DNA of 64,000 bases from Candidatus Eiseniibacteriota bacterium. GTDB taxonomy: Bacteria > Eisenbacteria > RBG-16-71-46. The stretch is taken from contig JBBRLX010000019.1 in assembly GCA_038231135.1 (NCBI GenBank), positions 10,176 through 74,175 of the forward strand. Direction: 5' to 3'. The notes beneath the pieces were generated by a model, which worked only from the letters and a program-made list of their open reading frames with translations, made no database searches and was not told where the DNA came from. The position numbers and the translations under genes are program-made. Shown here one piece after another: positions 48,666 through 58,218 of this stretch (position 1 is its first letter; the number at the start of each line of letters is the position of its first letter).

Positions 48666-49904
48666 ATGAACGCCCTCGACCCGCAACGCACGATCGCCGA
48701 GCTCAAGGAGCTCCGCGCGCTCACCGCCGACGACAACGGCGCTCAGCGCGTCGCGTTCACCCCGAAGTGGGTCGAGACTCGTGCGTGGCTAAGGCGCAGG
48801 CTGGCGGCACTCCCGGTCGAGACGCACACCGATGCCGCCGGCAATCTGTGGAGCACGTTGAAGGGGCGTTCCGAGCAGGCCGTCCTGATCGGTGGCCACA
48901 TGGACTCGGTGCCGAACGGCGGCTGGCTCGACGGCTGTCTCAACGTGCTCGCGGGTCTCGAAGTCCTGCGCCGCATCGACGCGCAGTACGAGCACGTGCC
49001 GCCGCTGACCGTGCGGCTCGTCGACTGGGCGGACGAGGAAGGCGCACGGTTCGGGCGCAGCCTGTTCGGTTCGTCCGCCTGTTCCGGGACTCTCGATCTC
49101 GCAGAGGCACGCACGCTCGTCGACAAGGACGGCATCCGCCTCCCCGACGCGCTGCGCGAGGTCGGCGTCGAGTTCGAGCGCGTGAAGGACTGCGGCCGCG
49201 AACTGCAGCATGCGATTGCGTATCTCGAGCTCCACATCGAGCAGGGGCCGGTGCTGCTCGACCTCGACCTGCCGCTCGGCGTCGTCCTCGGCACCTACGG
49301 AGTCGAGCGCCACGCGATCAGCTTCCATGGCCAGGCCGCGCACTCGGGCAGCACGCCGATGAACCGCCGCAAGGACGCGTTCCTCGCCGCGGCCCGGATG
49401 AGCCCCGAGATCTACCGAATCACGGAGCAGCACGGCGGAGTCGGCACGATCGGCTCGTGCACGACCAGGCCCGGCATCGTCACGAGCGTGGTCGAGGACT
49501 GCCGCATCACGCTCGACCAGCGCCATCTGGACGCGGCCGGGCTCGCGCGGCTGCTCGCGGATGCGCGCGCGGCGAGCGAACGGTTCGCGAAGGACGGTGG
49601 CGTCGACGTGGAGTGGAGCCGGCTCTGGAATATCGAACCGGTGCTGTTCGACCCGCGGCTGGTCGCGCTCTGCGAGGCGTCGATCCTCGAGACCTGCGGC
49701 ACGGTGCACCGGCTGCCGTCCGGCCCGCTTCACGATGCGGCCGAGGTCGCGCGCGCCGGCGTGCCGACGGTGATGATGTTCGTCCAGAGCCTGCACGGCA
49801 TCAGTCACAACAAGATCGAAGACACCCGCGAGGAACATCTTGCACTGTGCGTGACGGCGTTCGACCGGCTGGCGGAGAAGACGCTCCAGTCGTTTGCGGG
49901 ATAG
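48666..49904 (+). CDS. M20-family Zn-dependent amidohydrolase (N-carbamoyl-L-amino-acid hydrolase/allantoate amidohydrolase-like)
   Basis: GGHMDSVPNGG.LDG, DEEGARFG, YLELHIEQGPVL, AHSGSTPM, SGPLHDA, GISHN. Confidence 0.93.
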   Translation: MNALDPQRTIAELKELRALTADDNGAQRVAFTPKWVETRAWLRRRLAALPVETHTDAAGNLWSTLKGRSEQAVLIGGHMDSVPNGGWLDGCLNVLAGLEVLRRIDAQYEHVPPLTVRLVDWADEEGARFGRSLFGSSACSGTLDLAEARTLVDKDGIRLPDALREVGVEFERVKDCGRELQHAIAYLELHIEQGPVLLDLDLPLGVVLGTYGVERHAISFHGQAAHSGSTPMNRRKDAFLAAARMSPEIYRITEQHGGVGTIGSCTTRPGIVTSVVEDCRITLDQRHLDAAGLARLLADARAASERFAKDGGVDVEWSRLWNIEPVLFDPRLVALCEASILETCGTVHRLPSGPLHDAAEVARAGVPTVMMFVQSLHGISHNKIEDTREEHLALCVTAFDRLAEKTLQSFAG

Positions 49905-49939
49905 GCGGGGCGGCGCCCTCCAAATGCCCGCGGTCTCCC

Positions 49940-50045
49940 GTGCCCTTCATCGCCGCTGGCTCGTGCCTTGCGGAAATACCGCTGGAATTATGGCTCCTCG
50001 TGGCCGGAGTGAACGATCGGCGATGGACGGAGCAGGCGGGCATGG
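49940..50045 (+). pseudogene. C-terminal remnant resembling DUF4386 membrane proteins
   Basis: LAEIPLELWLLVAGVNDRRWTEQA with no start codon or N-terminal part. Confidence 0.5.
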
Positions 50046-50141
50046 TGGCGAGTCATGGGGGCGACTCCGATGAGCGTCTTCGCGAACCGCCGCGCGGTGA
50101 GCGGAACCCACGATGAATGGGCACGGGTCGGAGAAACACCT

Positions 50142-50271
50142 CGGGATGCGGTAGATTCATCGGATGCATCCGACTTCCGGCACTCGCCTCGGCGCCTGTA
50201 TGATCGGCGCCGTATCGGGCGGCGAACTGCGTGCAGCGCGCCCGTTCGAGGACATTGACCCATGGCGGTGA
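50142..50271 (+). pseudogene. Kinase promoter plus 5' stub (MHPTSGTRLGACMIGAVSGGELRAAR...)
   Basis: TG-CGG-TAGATT-N6-ATG(50164); 50142-50193 matches 51561-51612 at 42/52 nt. Confidence 0.8.
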
Positions 50272-51176
50272 AGTTCCGCGACTACTACGAGGTGCTCGGC
50301 GTGCCTCGAACGGCGACGGTCGACGAGATCCAGCGCGCCTATCGGCAGCTCGCGCGCAAGCATCACCCCGATCTCAAGACGGGAGCGGAGCGGAACGCGG
50401 CGACGGAGCATTTCAAGCACATCAACGAAGCCTACGAGGTGCTCAAGGACGTCGAGAAGCGGGCCAAGTACGACGCGCTCGGGGAAGGCTGGCAGAACGG
50501 AGCCGATTTCAACCCGCCCCCGGGGTCCGAGTGGCGCACCGCCGCTCCGCAGGACTTCGAAGACATCGAGGGCTTCAGCGACTTCTTCTCTTCGCTGTTC
50601 GGAGGCGTCCACGGGAATGGCCGCGGCGCCCGGTCTCCGCGCGCCGGCGAGGAACTCGAAGCCGAATTGCCGGTCACGATCGATGACCTCGTCCACGGTC
50701 CCCGCCGCCGGATCACGCTGGGGGGTGGCCGCAGCCTCGAGGTCGCGATTCCGCTCGGCGCCCGCGACGGAACCATGCTGCGCCTCGCGGGGCAGGGGAG
50801 GCCGGGCCGGAATGGCGGACCGTCCGGCGACCTGTTCCTGCGGCTTCGACTCACGCCCGACCCGCGCTTCAGCGTCGAGGGCGACGACGTCGAAATGGCC
50901 CTGCCGCTCTGGCCATGGCAGGCGGTGCTCGGAGCGTCCGTGAGGGTCGAGACCCCGCACGGCGCCGTGACGCTCAAGGTTCCGGAGGGCACCCAGGCCG
51001 AACAGCGCCTGCGCCTGCGGGGTCGCGGGCTGCCGCACAAGGACGGGAGCCGGGGCGACCTTCACGCCGTCGTCGGCATTGTGATCCCCAAACACCCGAG
51101 CGACGCCGAGCGCGCCGGTTATGAGGCGCTCAAGGGCGCCGCAGCCGCACCCGCCGACCGTCCGGCGGAAGACTGA
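50262..51176 (+). CDS. cbpA: DnaJ-class co-chaperone, curved DNA-binding protein CbpA-like
   Basis: DYYEVLGV, HPD motif, DnaJ_C domain (LRLRGRGLP), no Zn finger; followed by cbpM. Confidence 0.88.
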   Translation: MAVKFRDYYEVLGVPRTATVDEIQRAYRQLARKHHPDLKTGAERNAATEHFKHINEAYEVLKDVEKRAKYDALGEGWQNGADFNPPPGSEWRTAAPQDFEDIEGFSDFFSSLFGGVHGNGRGARSPRAGEELEAELPVTIDDLVHGPRRRITLGGGRSLEVAIPLGARDGTMLRLAGQGRPGRNGGPSGDLFLRLRLTPDPRFSVEGDDVEMALPLWPWQAVLGASVRVETPHGAVTLKVPEGTQAEQRLRLRGRGLPHKDGSRGDLHAVVGIVIPKHPSDAERAGYEALKGAAAAPADRPAED

Positions 51177-51183
51177 GTCAGGC

Positions 51184-51501
51184 ATGAGCGAAACGCCTCG
51201 CACCGCGCTGCAGGTCGTGTTCACCGAGGTTTACCTGCCGGCCGAAACACGCTTGTCGCGGGAGGCGCTCGCGGCCGCGGCCGGCATCAGCGAGGAGAGT
51301 CTCGCGAGCCTCGTGCGACTGGGCCTGGTGGAGCCGGCCGCCCCGGAAGCCGCCGAATTCACTGTCGCGGCGGCCACGCGCCTGCGCCGGATGCTTCGAC
51401 TCCATCGCGACCTCGGTGTCGATCTCGAGGCCGGCGCGATCATCGTCGATCTGCTGGAACGACTCGAGCGCCTCGAGCACGACATGGCTCGCCTGCGCTG
51501 A
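51184..51501 (+). CDS. cbpM: Chaperone modulator CbpM (MerR-like)
   Basis: LVRLGLVEP...RLRRMLRLHRDLGVDLEAGAIIVDLLERLERLE; directly after cbpA. Confidence 0.85.
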   Translation: MSETPRTALQVVFTEVYLPAETRLSREALAAAAGISEESLASLVRLGLVEPAAPEAAEFTVAAATRLRRMLRLHRDLGVDLEAGAIIVDLLERLERLEHDMARLR

Positions 51502-51565
51502 CCATATCTGCCGCCGGCGAGACCCGCACGGGCTTGCCGTCGCCATGCTCCAACGGCTCCCGGGA

Positions 51566-51582
51566 TGCGGTAGAGTCACCAG
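51566..51582 (+). promoter_or_regulatory. Leaderless promoter TG-CGG-TAGAGT-N6-ATG
   Basis: -10 hexamer 51571-51576; ATG at 51583. Confidence 0.72.
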
Positions 51583-53862
51583 ATGCCCCTGAATTCCGGC
51601 ACGAGACTCGGCATCTACGAGATCATCGCCCCCCTCGGCGCCGGAGGCATGGGCGAGGTGTATCGCGCGAAAGACACGCGCCTGCGCCGGGAGGTGGCGG
51701 TGAAGGTGCTCCCCGCGAGCGTCGCATCGAACCCCGATTTCCTGGCCCGGTTCGAGCGCGAGGCGAGAACGGTGGCGGGACTCAATCACCCGAACATCGT
51801 CACCCTCTATTCCGTCGAAGATGACGGCGGCATTCGCTTCCTCACGATGGAACTGGTCGAGGGCCGGACCCTCGACCAGCAGATCACAGCGGAGGGGTTG
51901 CCGTTGGCGTCCGTCCTCGGCCTCGCGATTCCGCTGGCGGACGCACTGGTGGCGGCGCATGGCCGCGGGGTCGTGCATCGCGATCTGAAACCCACGAACG
52001 TGATGGTGACCCGCGAGGGCCGGGTAAAGGTGCTGGACTTCGGACTGGCAAAGGTGTCGCCGCCCGCGTCCATGATCGAGGCGACGCAGGCGTCGACGAT
52101 GACCTCCCCGATGTCGGCAGCGGGGGAGATGCTGGGGACGTTGCCCTACATGGCCCCGGAGCAGATCCGCGGCGAAGCGGCGGACGCGCGCACCGATCTG
52201 TTCGCGTTCGGCATCCTGTTGTACGAACTGGTTACCGGCCGCCGGCCGTTCCAGGGCGCGAGCCCCGCCGACGTGATCTCCTCGATCCTGCGCGACGCGC
52301 CGCCGTCGATACCGTCGCTTCGCGATGACCCGCCACAAGACGTCGCGCGGATCATCGGCCGGTGTCTCGAGAAGGACCCGGAGCGCCGGCTGCAGACGGC
52401 GAAAGACCTGCGGAACGAGCTGGAGATCGTCCAGCGCAGGCTGGAGGTACGCGCGTCGCAAGCGCCTCCGTTCGTGGCTTCGGCGAAGGACGCCGCCTCG
52501 ATCGCGGTGCTGCCGTTCGCGAACCTCGGACGCGACAAAGACGACGACTACTTCGCCGACGGCATCACGGAGGACGTGATCGCGCAACTTTGCAAGGTGC
52601 GCACGCTCAAGGTGATCTCCCGCACGTCCGTGATGCCGTTCAAGAAGCGCGACGAAAGCATCCAGGAGATCGCATCGAAGCTTCAGGTGGGGAACGTGCT
52701 CGAAGGCAGCGTCCGACGGATCGGCGATCGCGTGCGGATCGTGGCGCAGCTCATCGACGCCGAATCGGGCAGGCATCTCTGGGCCGAGACCTACGACCGG
52801 CAGCTCACGGATGTGTTCGCGATTCAGACGGACGTAGCGCTCCACATCTCGGCCGCGCTCAAGGCGGAACTGTCACCGGATGAACGAGAGCGCATGCACC
52901 GCGAGCCCACCCGCGACGTGCAGGCCTACGAGCTATACCTGCGCGGGCGGCAGCACCTCATCCATTACACCCGCGAGGACATGCTGCGCAGCATCGAGTA
53001 TTTCGAGCGCGCCATCGGGCTGGATCCCGGGTTCGCCCTGGCCTACGTGGGCCTCGCCATCGCATACACGGAGATGGAGGAGACCAGCGAGATGAGCCGC
53101 GCCGAGGCCGGCGGCCGGGCCACCGAGGCGGCGGCCAGCGCGGTGGCGCTCGACCCAGAGCTCGGGGATGCGCACTGCGCACGGGGGTACGCCCGGTTGT
53201 ACTACGAGTACGACTGGGAGGGCGCGGAGGCGGACTTCAAGCGGGCCATCGAACTGAGCCCCAGCAGTGCCTACAGCTACGATCTCTATGGACGCATGTG
53301 CGCCGCGCTCGGGAGATTCGATGAGGCGATCGCGCTGCATGAACGCGCCTTCGAACTGGACCCGCTCTCCAACCTCGCGGACATCGCCACATCGCTGCTC
53401 CGTGCAGGGCGTAACGAGGAGGCCGCCCAGCGAGTCGGGCTCTCGATCAAGCTCGAACCCGGATTCCCGCGGCTTCACGCGACCCTCGGGTGGGCTCTGT
53501 TCAGGATGGGGCGAACGGCCGAAGGGCTCGCCGAGTTACAGCAGGCGGTCGTGCTCTCGCAGACCGGAGACATGTGGCTGTCACAGCTTGGCCAGGCCTG
53601 CGCCATGGCGGGCATGCCTGATCGGGCCCGGGAGATCCTACAGAAGTTGCTGGACCCGTCGCGACCTGCGCCCGCCTCGCCCTATGTGGTGGCGTACGTC
53701 TACACGGGCCTCGGCGACACGGAACGCGCGATGGATTGCCTCGAGCGCGCGTTCGACGCCGGCAACGGCGCGCTGTTTGCCATCAAGGGCTCGTTTCTCC
53801 TGGCGCCGCTTCGCGACCATCCCCGGTTCGCGGCCCTCCTCGCGAGAATGCGCCTGACCTGA
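51583..53862 (+). CDS. Ser/Thr protein kinase with TolB-N-like and TPR domains
   Basis: HRDLKPTN, DFG, YMAPE; SIAVLPFANL, EGSVRRIGDRVRI; TPRs; ends PLRDHPRFAALLARM. Confidence 0.94.
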   Translation: MPLNSGTRLGIYEIIAPLGAGGMGEVYRAKDTRLRREVAVKVLPASVASNPDFLARFEREARTVAGLNHPNIVTLYSVEDDGGIRFLTMELVEGRTLDQQITAEGLPLASVLGLAIPLADALVAAHGRGVVHRDLKPTNVMVTREGRVKVLDFGLAKVSPPASMIEATQASTMTSPMSAAGEMLGTLPYMAPEQIRGEAADARTDLFAFGILLYELVTGRRPFQGASPADVISSILRDAPPSIPSLRDDPPQDVARIIGRCLEKDPERRLQTAKDLRNELEIVQRRLEVRASQAPPFVASAKDAASIAVLPFANLGRDKDDDYFADGITEDVIAQLCKVRTLKVISRTSVMPFKKRDESIQEIASKLQVGNVLEGSVRRIGDRVRIVAQLIDAESGRHLWAETYDRQLTDVFAIQTDVALHISAALKAELSPDERERMHREPTRDVQAYELYLRGRQHLIHYTREDMLRSIEYFERAIGLDPGFALAYVGLAIAYTEMEETSEMSRAEAGGRATEAAASAVALDPELGDAHCARGYARLYYEYDWEGAEADFKRAIELSPSSAYSYDLYGRMCAALGRFDEAIALHERAFELDPLSNLADIATSLLRAGRNEEAAQRVGLSIKLEPGFPRLHATLGWALFRMGRTAEGLAELQQAVVLSQTGDMWLSQLGQACAMAGMPDRAREILQKLLDPSRPAPASPYVVAYVYTGLGDTERAMDCLERAFDAGNGALFAIKGSFLLAPLRDHPRFAALLARMRLT

Positions 53863-53886
53863 GCCGCGAACCTACCTTCCGTGGGA

Positions 53887-54015
53887 GTGCCCCAGACTGG
53901 CACGAGCTGCGTTCCAACCGAACGTTGCCACTCCATGGACGACGGACTATCGTCCGCCTGCGACTTCTCGCGTCGCGGTGGTCCCTGGCCGTTTCACCAC
54001 CTGGTCACGATCATG
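53887..54015 (+). pseudogene. Possible heavily eroded kinase N-lobe remnant
   Basis: Ordered fragments: gtg ccc cag act ggc acg ag ctg (MP..GT(R)L), ccg aac gtt gcc ac..cat gga (PNVAT.HG), acg gac tat c gtc (TDY.V), GGPWP (cf. GPLP). Confidence 0.45.
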
Positions 54016-54021
54016 AGCTGC

Positions 54022-54535
54022 AACGGGTCGACCCGTCAGAGCGCGATCGAGTTCTGGCAGGGACTCCTCGGCATGCGGTTCCTGTTCGAGCAGCCGAATC
54101 TCGGCCCGCCCCGAAGAGAATCATCTGTACTTCGATCCCGGTGACGGCCGGCTCGTCACCGTGTTCACCAACGAGGAGCGCACGGACGACCCCAGTCCCC
54201 ATCCGCGCGGGGTCGGACACCTCGAGCACATCGCGTTCACCGTCTCGCGAGCGACGCAGACGCAGGTGGCGGAGCGTCTCGAGGCGCGGGGGATCCCGTT
54301 CAAGTCGCACGACCGTGGATTCATGGATTCCATCTACTTCAGCGACCCCAACGGTCTCCGCCTGGAACTGGCCTGTTACAAGTTCCACGCGCCCGACGGC
54401 GTGCGCGAGGCGGACGTCCTGCGAGCTGCCGATGCGTTCAGGCGCGAGGCGGGCGACCACCACATCACCGACCGGCACGTCCTGGCCGCCGTGTCGACGC
54501 GAATGCCCTTCGGGGACGCCGGGCGGCATACATGA
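54022..54535 (+). pseudogene. VOC/glyoxalase family gene, 5'-truncated and frameshifted at ~54106
   Basis: RQSAIEFWQGLLGMRFLFEQPNLG in one frame; NHLYFDPGDGRLVTVFTNEER...HDRGFMDSIYFSDPNGLRLELACYKF in the next. Confidence 0.8.
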
Positions 54536-54551
54536 ATTGGCCGTCACTTGT

Positions 54552-54627
54552 CGTGGTAGACTTCTGCATGCCAATGACTTCCGTCTGTCACCGGGGTTCT
54601 CGCTGTTTCGGCGCAAGGAGGATTTGA
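54552..54627 (+). pseudogene. Degenerate kinase promoter plus 5' stub serving as leader of the cupin-SDR operon
   Basis: TGG-TAGACT-N5-ATG(54568); 19-aa ORF MPMTSVCHRGSRCFGARRI aligns to MPLTSGSRLGP...LGAGGM by mostly single-nt changes. Confidence 0.55.
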
Positions 54628-54629
54628 CG

Positions 54630-54995
54630 ATGAGCACGACGACGCACGTCCGCTGGGATGACCAGCCGCGTGAACGACTCGGACCGTTATTGGAGCGCCG
54701 CTACGTGACCGGCCGGCACCTGACGCAGGCCCAATTCTTCCTGGCCAGAGGTTGCGTCGTTCCCACGCATGAGCACGACAGCGAACAGTTCGCCAACGTG
54801 GTCAAGGGCTGTCTGCGTTTCCGGCTGGGCGCGGACGGCAAGGATGTCATCGACGTCGCCGCCGGAGAGGCGCTGCTCATTCCCTCGCGGCTACCGCATT
54901 CGGCCGAAGCCCTCGAAGATTCGGTCGTGTTCGATTCCTTCGGCCCAATCCGCGAGGACTGGCTCGCGCAACGCGACGATTACCTCAGGCGCTGA
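54630..54995 (+). CDS. Cupin domain protein
   Basis: AAGGAGG RBS; VPTHEHDSEQ, IPSRLPHSAEALED, PIREDWL. Confidence 0.9.
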   Translation: MSTTTHVRWDDQPRERLGPLLERRYVTGRHLTQAQFFLARGCVVPTHEHDSEQFANVVKGCLRFRLGADGKDVIDVAAGEALLIPSRLPHSAEALEDSVVFDSFGPIREDWLAQRDDYLRR

Positions 54996-54997
54996 GC

Positions 54998-55789
54998 ATG
55001 GACACCGGACTGCCGGGCAAGGTCGTACTGGTGGCGGCCGCGAGCAAGGGACTCGGCCGGGCGGTCGCCGAGGCGTTCGCGGCCGAGGGCGCCTCGCTCG
55101 CGATCTGTGCACGCGGCGCGGACAGTCTCGCGAACGCGCGCGACGCGCTCATGCGCATCACGCAGGCTCCGGTGCATGTGGTCGTCGCCGATCTGTCGCG
55201 TGCGGAGGGCATCGCGCAGGTCGTGAGTTCGACGCTCGAGCGCTTTGGCCATGTCGACGTGCTGGTCACGAACGCCGGCGGCCCACCCGTGGGATCGTTC
55301 GAAACGCTCGATTGGGACGCGTGGCAACGCGCGACGGAACTGACGTTGCGCAGTGCCGTCGAGCTCACGCGCGGGGTGCTGCCCGGAATGCGTGAGCGAC
55401 TCTGGGGGCGTGTCCTCCACGTCACCTCGCTCGCGGTCAAACAACCGATCGACGGTCTCATGCTCTCGACGTCGATCCGCGCCGCCGTCACCGGATTCTC
55501 GCGAACGCTCGCCAACGAAGTCGCCGCCGCCGGCATCACCGTCAACACCATCCTGCCGGGGTTCATGAACACGGAGCGCGTCGCCGAGCTCAATCAGGCG
55601 ACTGCGGCTCGCGAAGGCGTGACCGCGGACGTGGTCGAGCGCCGGTTTCGCGAGCAGATCCCCATGCGACGCATCGGGGAGCCGCGGGAGTTCGCGGCCC
55701 TGGCGGTGTTTCTCGCGTCGGAGCAGGCGTCGTACATCACGGGGCAGTCGATTGCGGTGGATGGGGGATGGATTCGCGGATTGCTGTGA
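54998..55789 (+). CDS. SDR family oxidoreductase (FabG-like)
   Basis: AASKGLG, VTNAGGPP, SEQASYITGQSIAVDGG. Confidence 0.92.
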   Translation: MDTGLPGKVVLVAAASKGLGRAVAEAFAAEGASLAICARGADSLANARDALMRITQAPVHVVVADLSRAEGIAQVVSSTLERFGHVDVLVTNAGGPPVGSFETLDWDAWQRATELTLRSAVELTRGVLPGMRERLWGRVLHVTSLAVKQPIDGLMLSTSIRAAVTGFSRTLANEVAAAGITVNTILPGFMNTERVAELNQATAAREGVTADVVERRFREQIPMRRIGEPREFAALAVFLASEQASYITGQSIAVDGGWIRGLL

Positions 55790-55846
55790 ACTATCGCGAG
55801 CACTCGTTGATTCGCGCACGTTCTGACCCACCCTCGGGGGACGCCA

Positions 55847-56307
55847 TACTCGATCGCCGCCGTTTCCTCATCACCTCGGCGGCCAGCGAGACGAGATCGC
55901 CATCACGCCCAGCACGACCATGAGCCTCGCGCTCGTCTACGCCGGACTGCCGCTCAAGCCGGGACGAGATCGTGACCACGACCCACGACCACTTCTCGCA
56001 TCATCGCTCCATCCAGTTCGCGACCGAGAAGGCGGGGGCCACGTGGCGGCGCGTGCCGCTCTACGACCAGCCCGAGCGGGCAAGCACGCCTGAGATCCTC
56101 GAGCGCCTGCTCAAGGCGATCCGCCCGAGGACGCGCGCGGTCGATGTTACATGGGTGCACTCGAGCACCGGGGTCCGGCTGCCGATTCGCGCCATGGCCG
56201 ATGTCGTGCGTGAAGTGAACCGCCCGGGCGTCTACCTCGCGCGTCTCACGGTCGGGCCCCGGCACGAAGCCGTGCGATGGGTGCTCGAATTCGACGGAGT
56301 GAGATGA
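55847..56307 (+). pseudogene. Class-V aminotransferase remnant (Tat signal) fused to a Por/FlgD-tail fragment
   Basis: (ATA)LDRRRFLITSAA; TTMSLALVYAGLPLKPG|DEIVTTTHDHFSH...VTWVHSSTGVRLP...EVNR, then PGVYLARLTVG. Confidence 0.75.
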
Positions 56308-56328
56308 GGGATGCGGCAAGGATATCGC

Positions 56329-57075
56329 TCACTTCCAGCGGAAGATCCGGGCCGAGAGCGCCACGCAAACCACGATGTTCAGGCTCAGGACTCCCACGTC
56401 AGCCGAATGGTTCAGCCAACTGTCCCCGCGCCAGGCTCCCTGCATGAGCGAGACCGCGTGGGTGATGGGGAGCATGCTGCCGAATGTTGCCCACGCCCGG
56501 GGCAGCGACTCGAGGGGTACGAAGAGCCCGCACAGCGCGAGCGACGGATAGAGGATCACGCCCGCGATGGGTTGGGCGAAGCGCGAGGTCGGCACGAGAC
56601 TCGCGATCACGAAGCCGATGGTGAGAATGCTCAAAGTGCTGAACAGCACGGCGAACGTAAAGCTGATCACGTGAACGCTCAGCTGAACTGGATAGAGTCG
56701 CCTTCCCGCCAGCACCAGCAAGGCCAGCGAGGCTGCCGTGAATACCAGCTTGACCGCCACGTGGGCTCCGAGAATCGTCGTGGGCCGCAACGGTGTGGCG
56801 CGCAGCCGCTTGAGGATGCCGCCCTCGCGATAGATGGAGATGACGGTCACGAGCGAAATGACGGCGTTGAAGACCATGAGCAGCGTGATGAAGATCGGCA
56901 AGCGTTCTCCCAGCAGCTGGGCCACCTGGTCGGAATGCGTGGCGGTCGACCGCAGCGAGCGTCCGAACACCAGGAATATCGCGACCGGGATGATGAGCGT
57001 CCCCACGACGCCGAGCGGCTCGCGAACGAAGATCTTGATCTCCAGCCACGTCAGCTTCACGAAGCCCCGGAGCAT
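56329..57075 (-). CDS. ABC-2 type transporter permease
   Basis: YREGGILKRLRATP, GLFVPLESLP, LPITHAV. Confidence 0.92.
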   Translation of the reverse strand: MLRGFVKLTWLEIKIFVREPLGVVGTLIIPVAIFLVFGRSLRSTATHSDQVAQLLGERLPIFITLLMVFNAVISLVTVISIYREGGILKRLRATPLRPTTILGAHVAVKLVFTAASLALLVLAGRRLYPVQLSVHVISFTFAVLFSTLSILTIGFVIASLVPTSRFAQPIAGVILYPSLALCGLFVPLESLPRAWATFGSMLPITHAVSLMQGAWRGDSWLNHSADVGVLSLNIVVCVALSARIFRWK

Positions 57076-57081
57076 CGCCGT

Positions 57082-58071
57082 CTAGTCCCGAACCACGCGG
57101 CCGGTCAGCTTGAGGAAGACGTCCTCGAGCGTGGGGAACACGGTGCGAAAATCACGAACACTGAGCGATTGTTCGGCAATGAACCGGATGACGTGGTTTA
57201 CGAAGTCGTCGTCGCGGCCCTGAACGGTGTAGGTCACACCCACGGCATTCACCGCGACGACGCCGGGAATCCGCCGGAGCAGGTCCGCAAGCCCTTCGCG
57301 GTCGCTCGAGAACACGACGCCGCGTTCGGGACAGTGCCTGCGCACCAACTCCGCCGGAGTGCCCAATTCGATGAGTCGTCCACGCTCGATGATGCCCACG
57401 CGATCGCACAGCCGCTCCGCCTCCTCCATCAGATGGGTGGTGAGGAACACCGTTTTGCCGCGGTCACGAATGGCCGTCACGAGGTCCCAGATGGCCCGGC
57501 GGGCCTGCGGGTCGAGCCCGGTGGTGAGCTCGTCGAGGAACACCAGTTCGGGATCGTTGACGAGCGCCAGCGCGATGAACAGCCGCTGCTTCTGTCCGCC
57601 CGACAGCGACATGAACGTGGCGTTGCGTTTTTCGACAAGCCCGAGCTGCTCGAGCAGCGCGTGCCCGTCCACCGTGCGCCGGTAGAGTGACGACCACAGG
57701 TCGATCGCCTCACCGACGCGAATCCGCTTCTGGAGCTGGGCCTCTTGCAGCTGGATGCCGATGCGCTCCTGCAGAGCGTAGGAGTTCCTTCGCGGATCCA
57801 GCCCGAGCACCGTGGCCGTCCCCCCATCGGCCGCGCTGATACCCTCCGCGCATTCCATGGTAGTCGTCTTCCCGGCGCCGTTGGGCCCGATCAGGCCGAA
57901 GATCTCGCCCTCGAACACCTCGAACGACACGTCCTCGACCGCCACCGTCGATCCGTACACCTTCCTCAGGTGCGAGACCGTGACCACCGGAGTACTCGAC
58001 CCGCCTCGGTGCGGGACTGACCGATGGGTGCCGCCGCCCTCGACTTGAGGTTCGGCGATAGGGGAGAGCAT
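57082..58071 (-). CDS. ABC transporter ATP-binding protein (DrrA/NodI-like exporter)
   Basis: GPNGAGKTT, LSGGQKQR, LVFLDELTTGLD, TTH; start ATG 58071 preceded by TATCCT-N6 (leaderless). Confidence 0.93.
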   Translation of the reverse strand: MLSPIAEPQVEGGGTHRSVPHRGGSSTPVVTVSHLRKVYGSTVAVEDVSFEVFEGEIFGLIGPNGAGKTTTMECAEGISAADGGTATVLGLDPRRNSYALQERIGIQLQEAQLQKRIRVGEAIDLWSSLYRRTVDGHALLEQLGLVEKRNATFMSLSGGQKQRLFIALALVNDPELVFLDELTTGLDPQARRAIWDLVTAIRDRGKTVFLTTHLMEEAERLCDRVGIIERGRLIELGTPAELVRRHCPERGVVFSSDREGLADLLRRIPGVVAVNAVGVTYTVQGRDDDFVNHVIRFIAEQSLSVRDFRTVFPTLEDVFLKLTGRVVRD

Positions 58072-58218
58072 CCCCGGAGGATAGTCGGGCTCTGCCAATC
58101 CCCCAACTGAACTACGCTGTCGGCAGACCGGCTACTGTGCAAGGTCCTCCGTCATTCGCTCACGGGCTGAGATCGTCGTCGTCCCGCCAGCCACGGTTCC
58201 ATCCGAGGAGGTGCGTTC

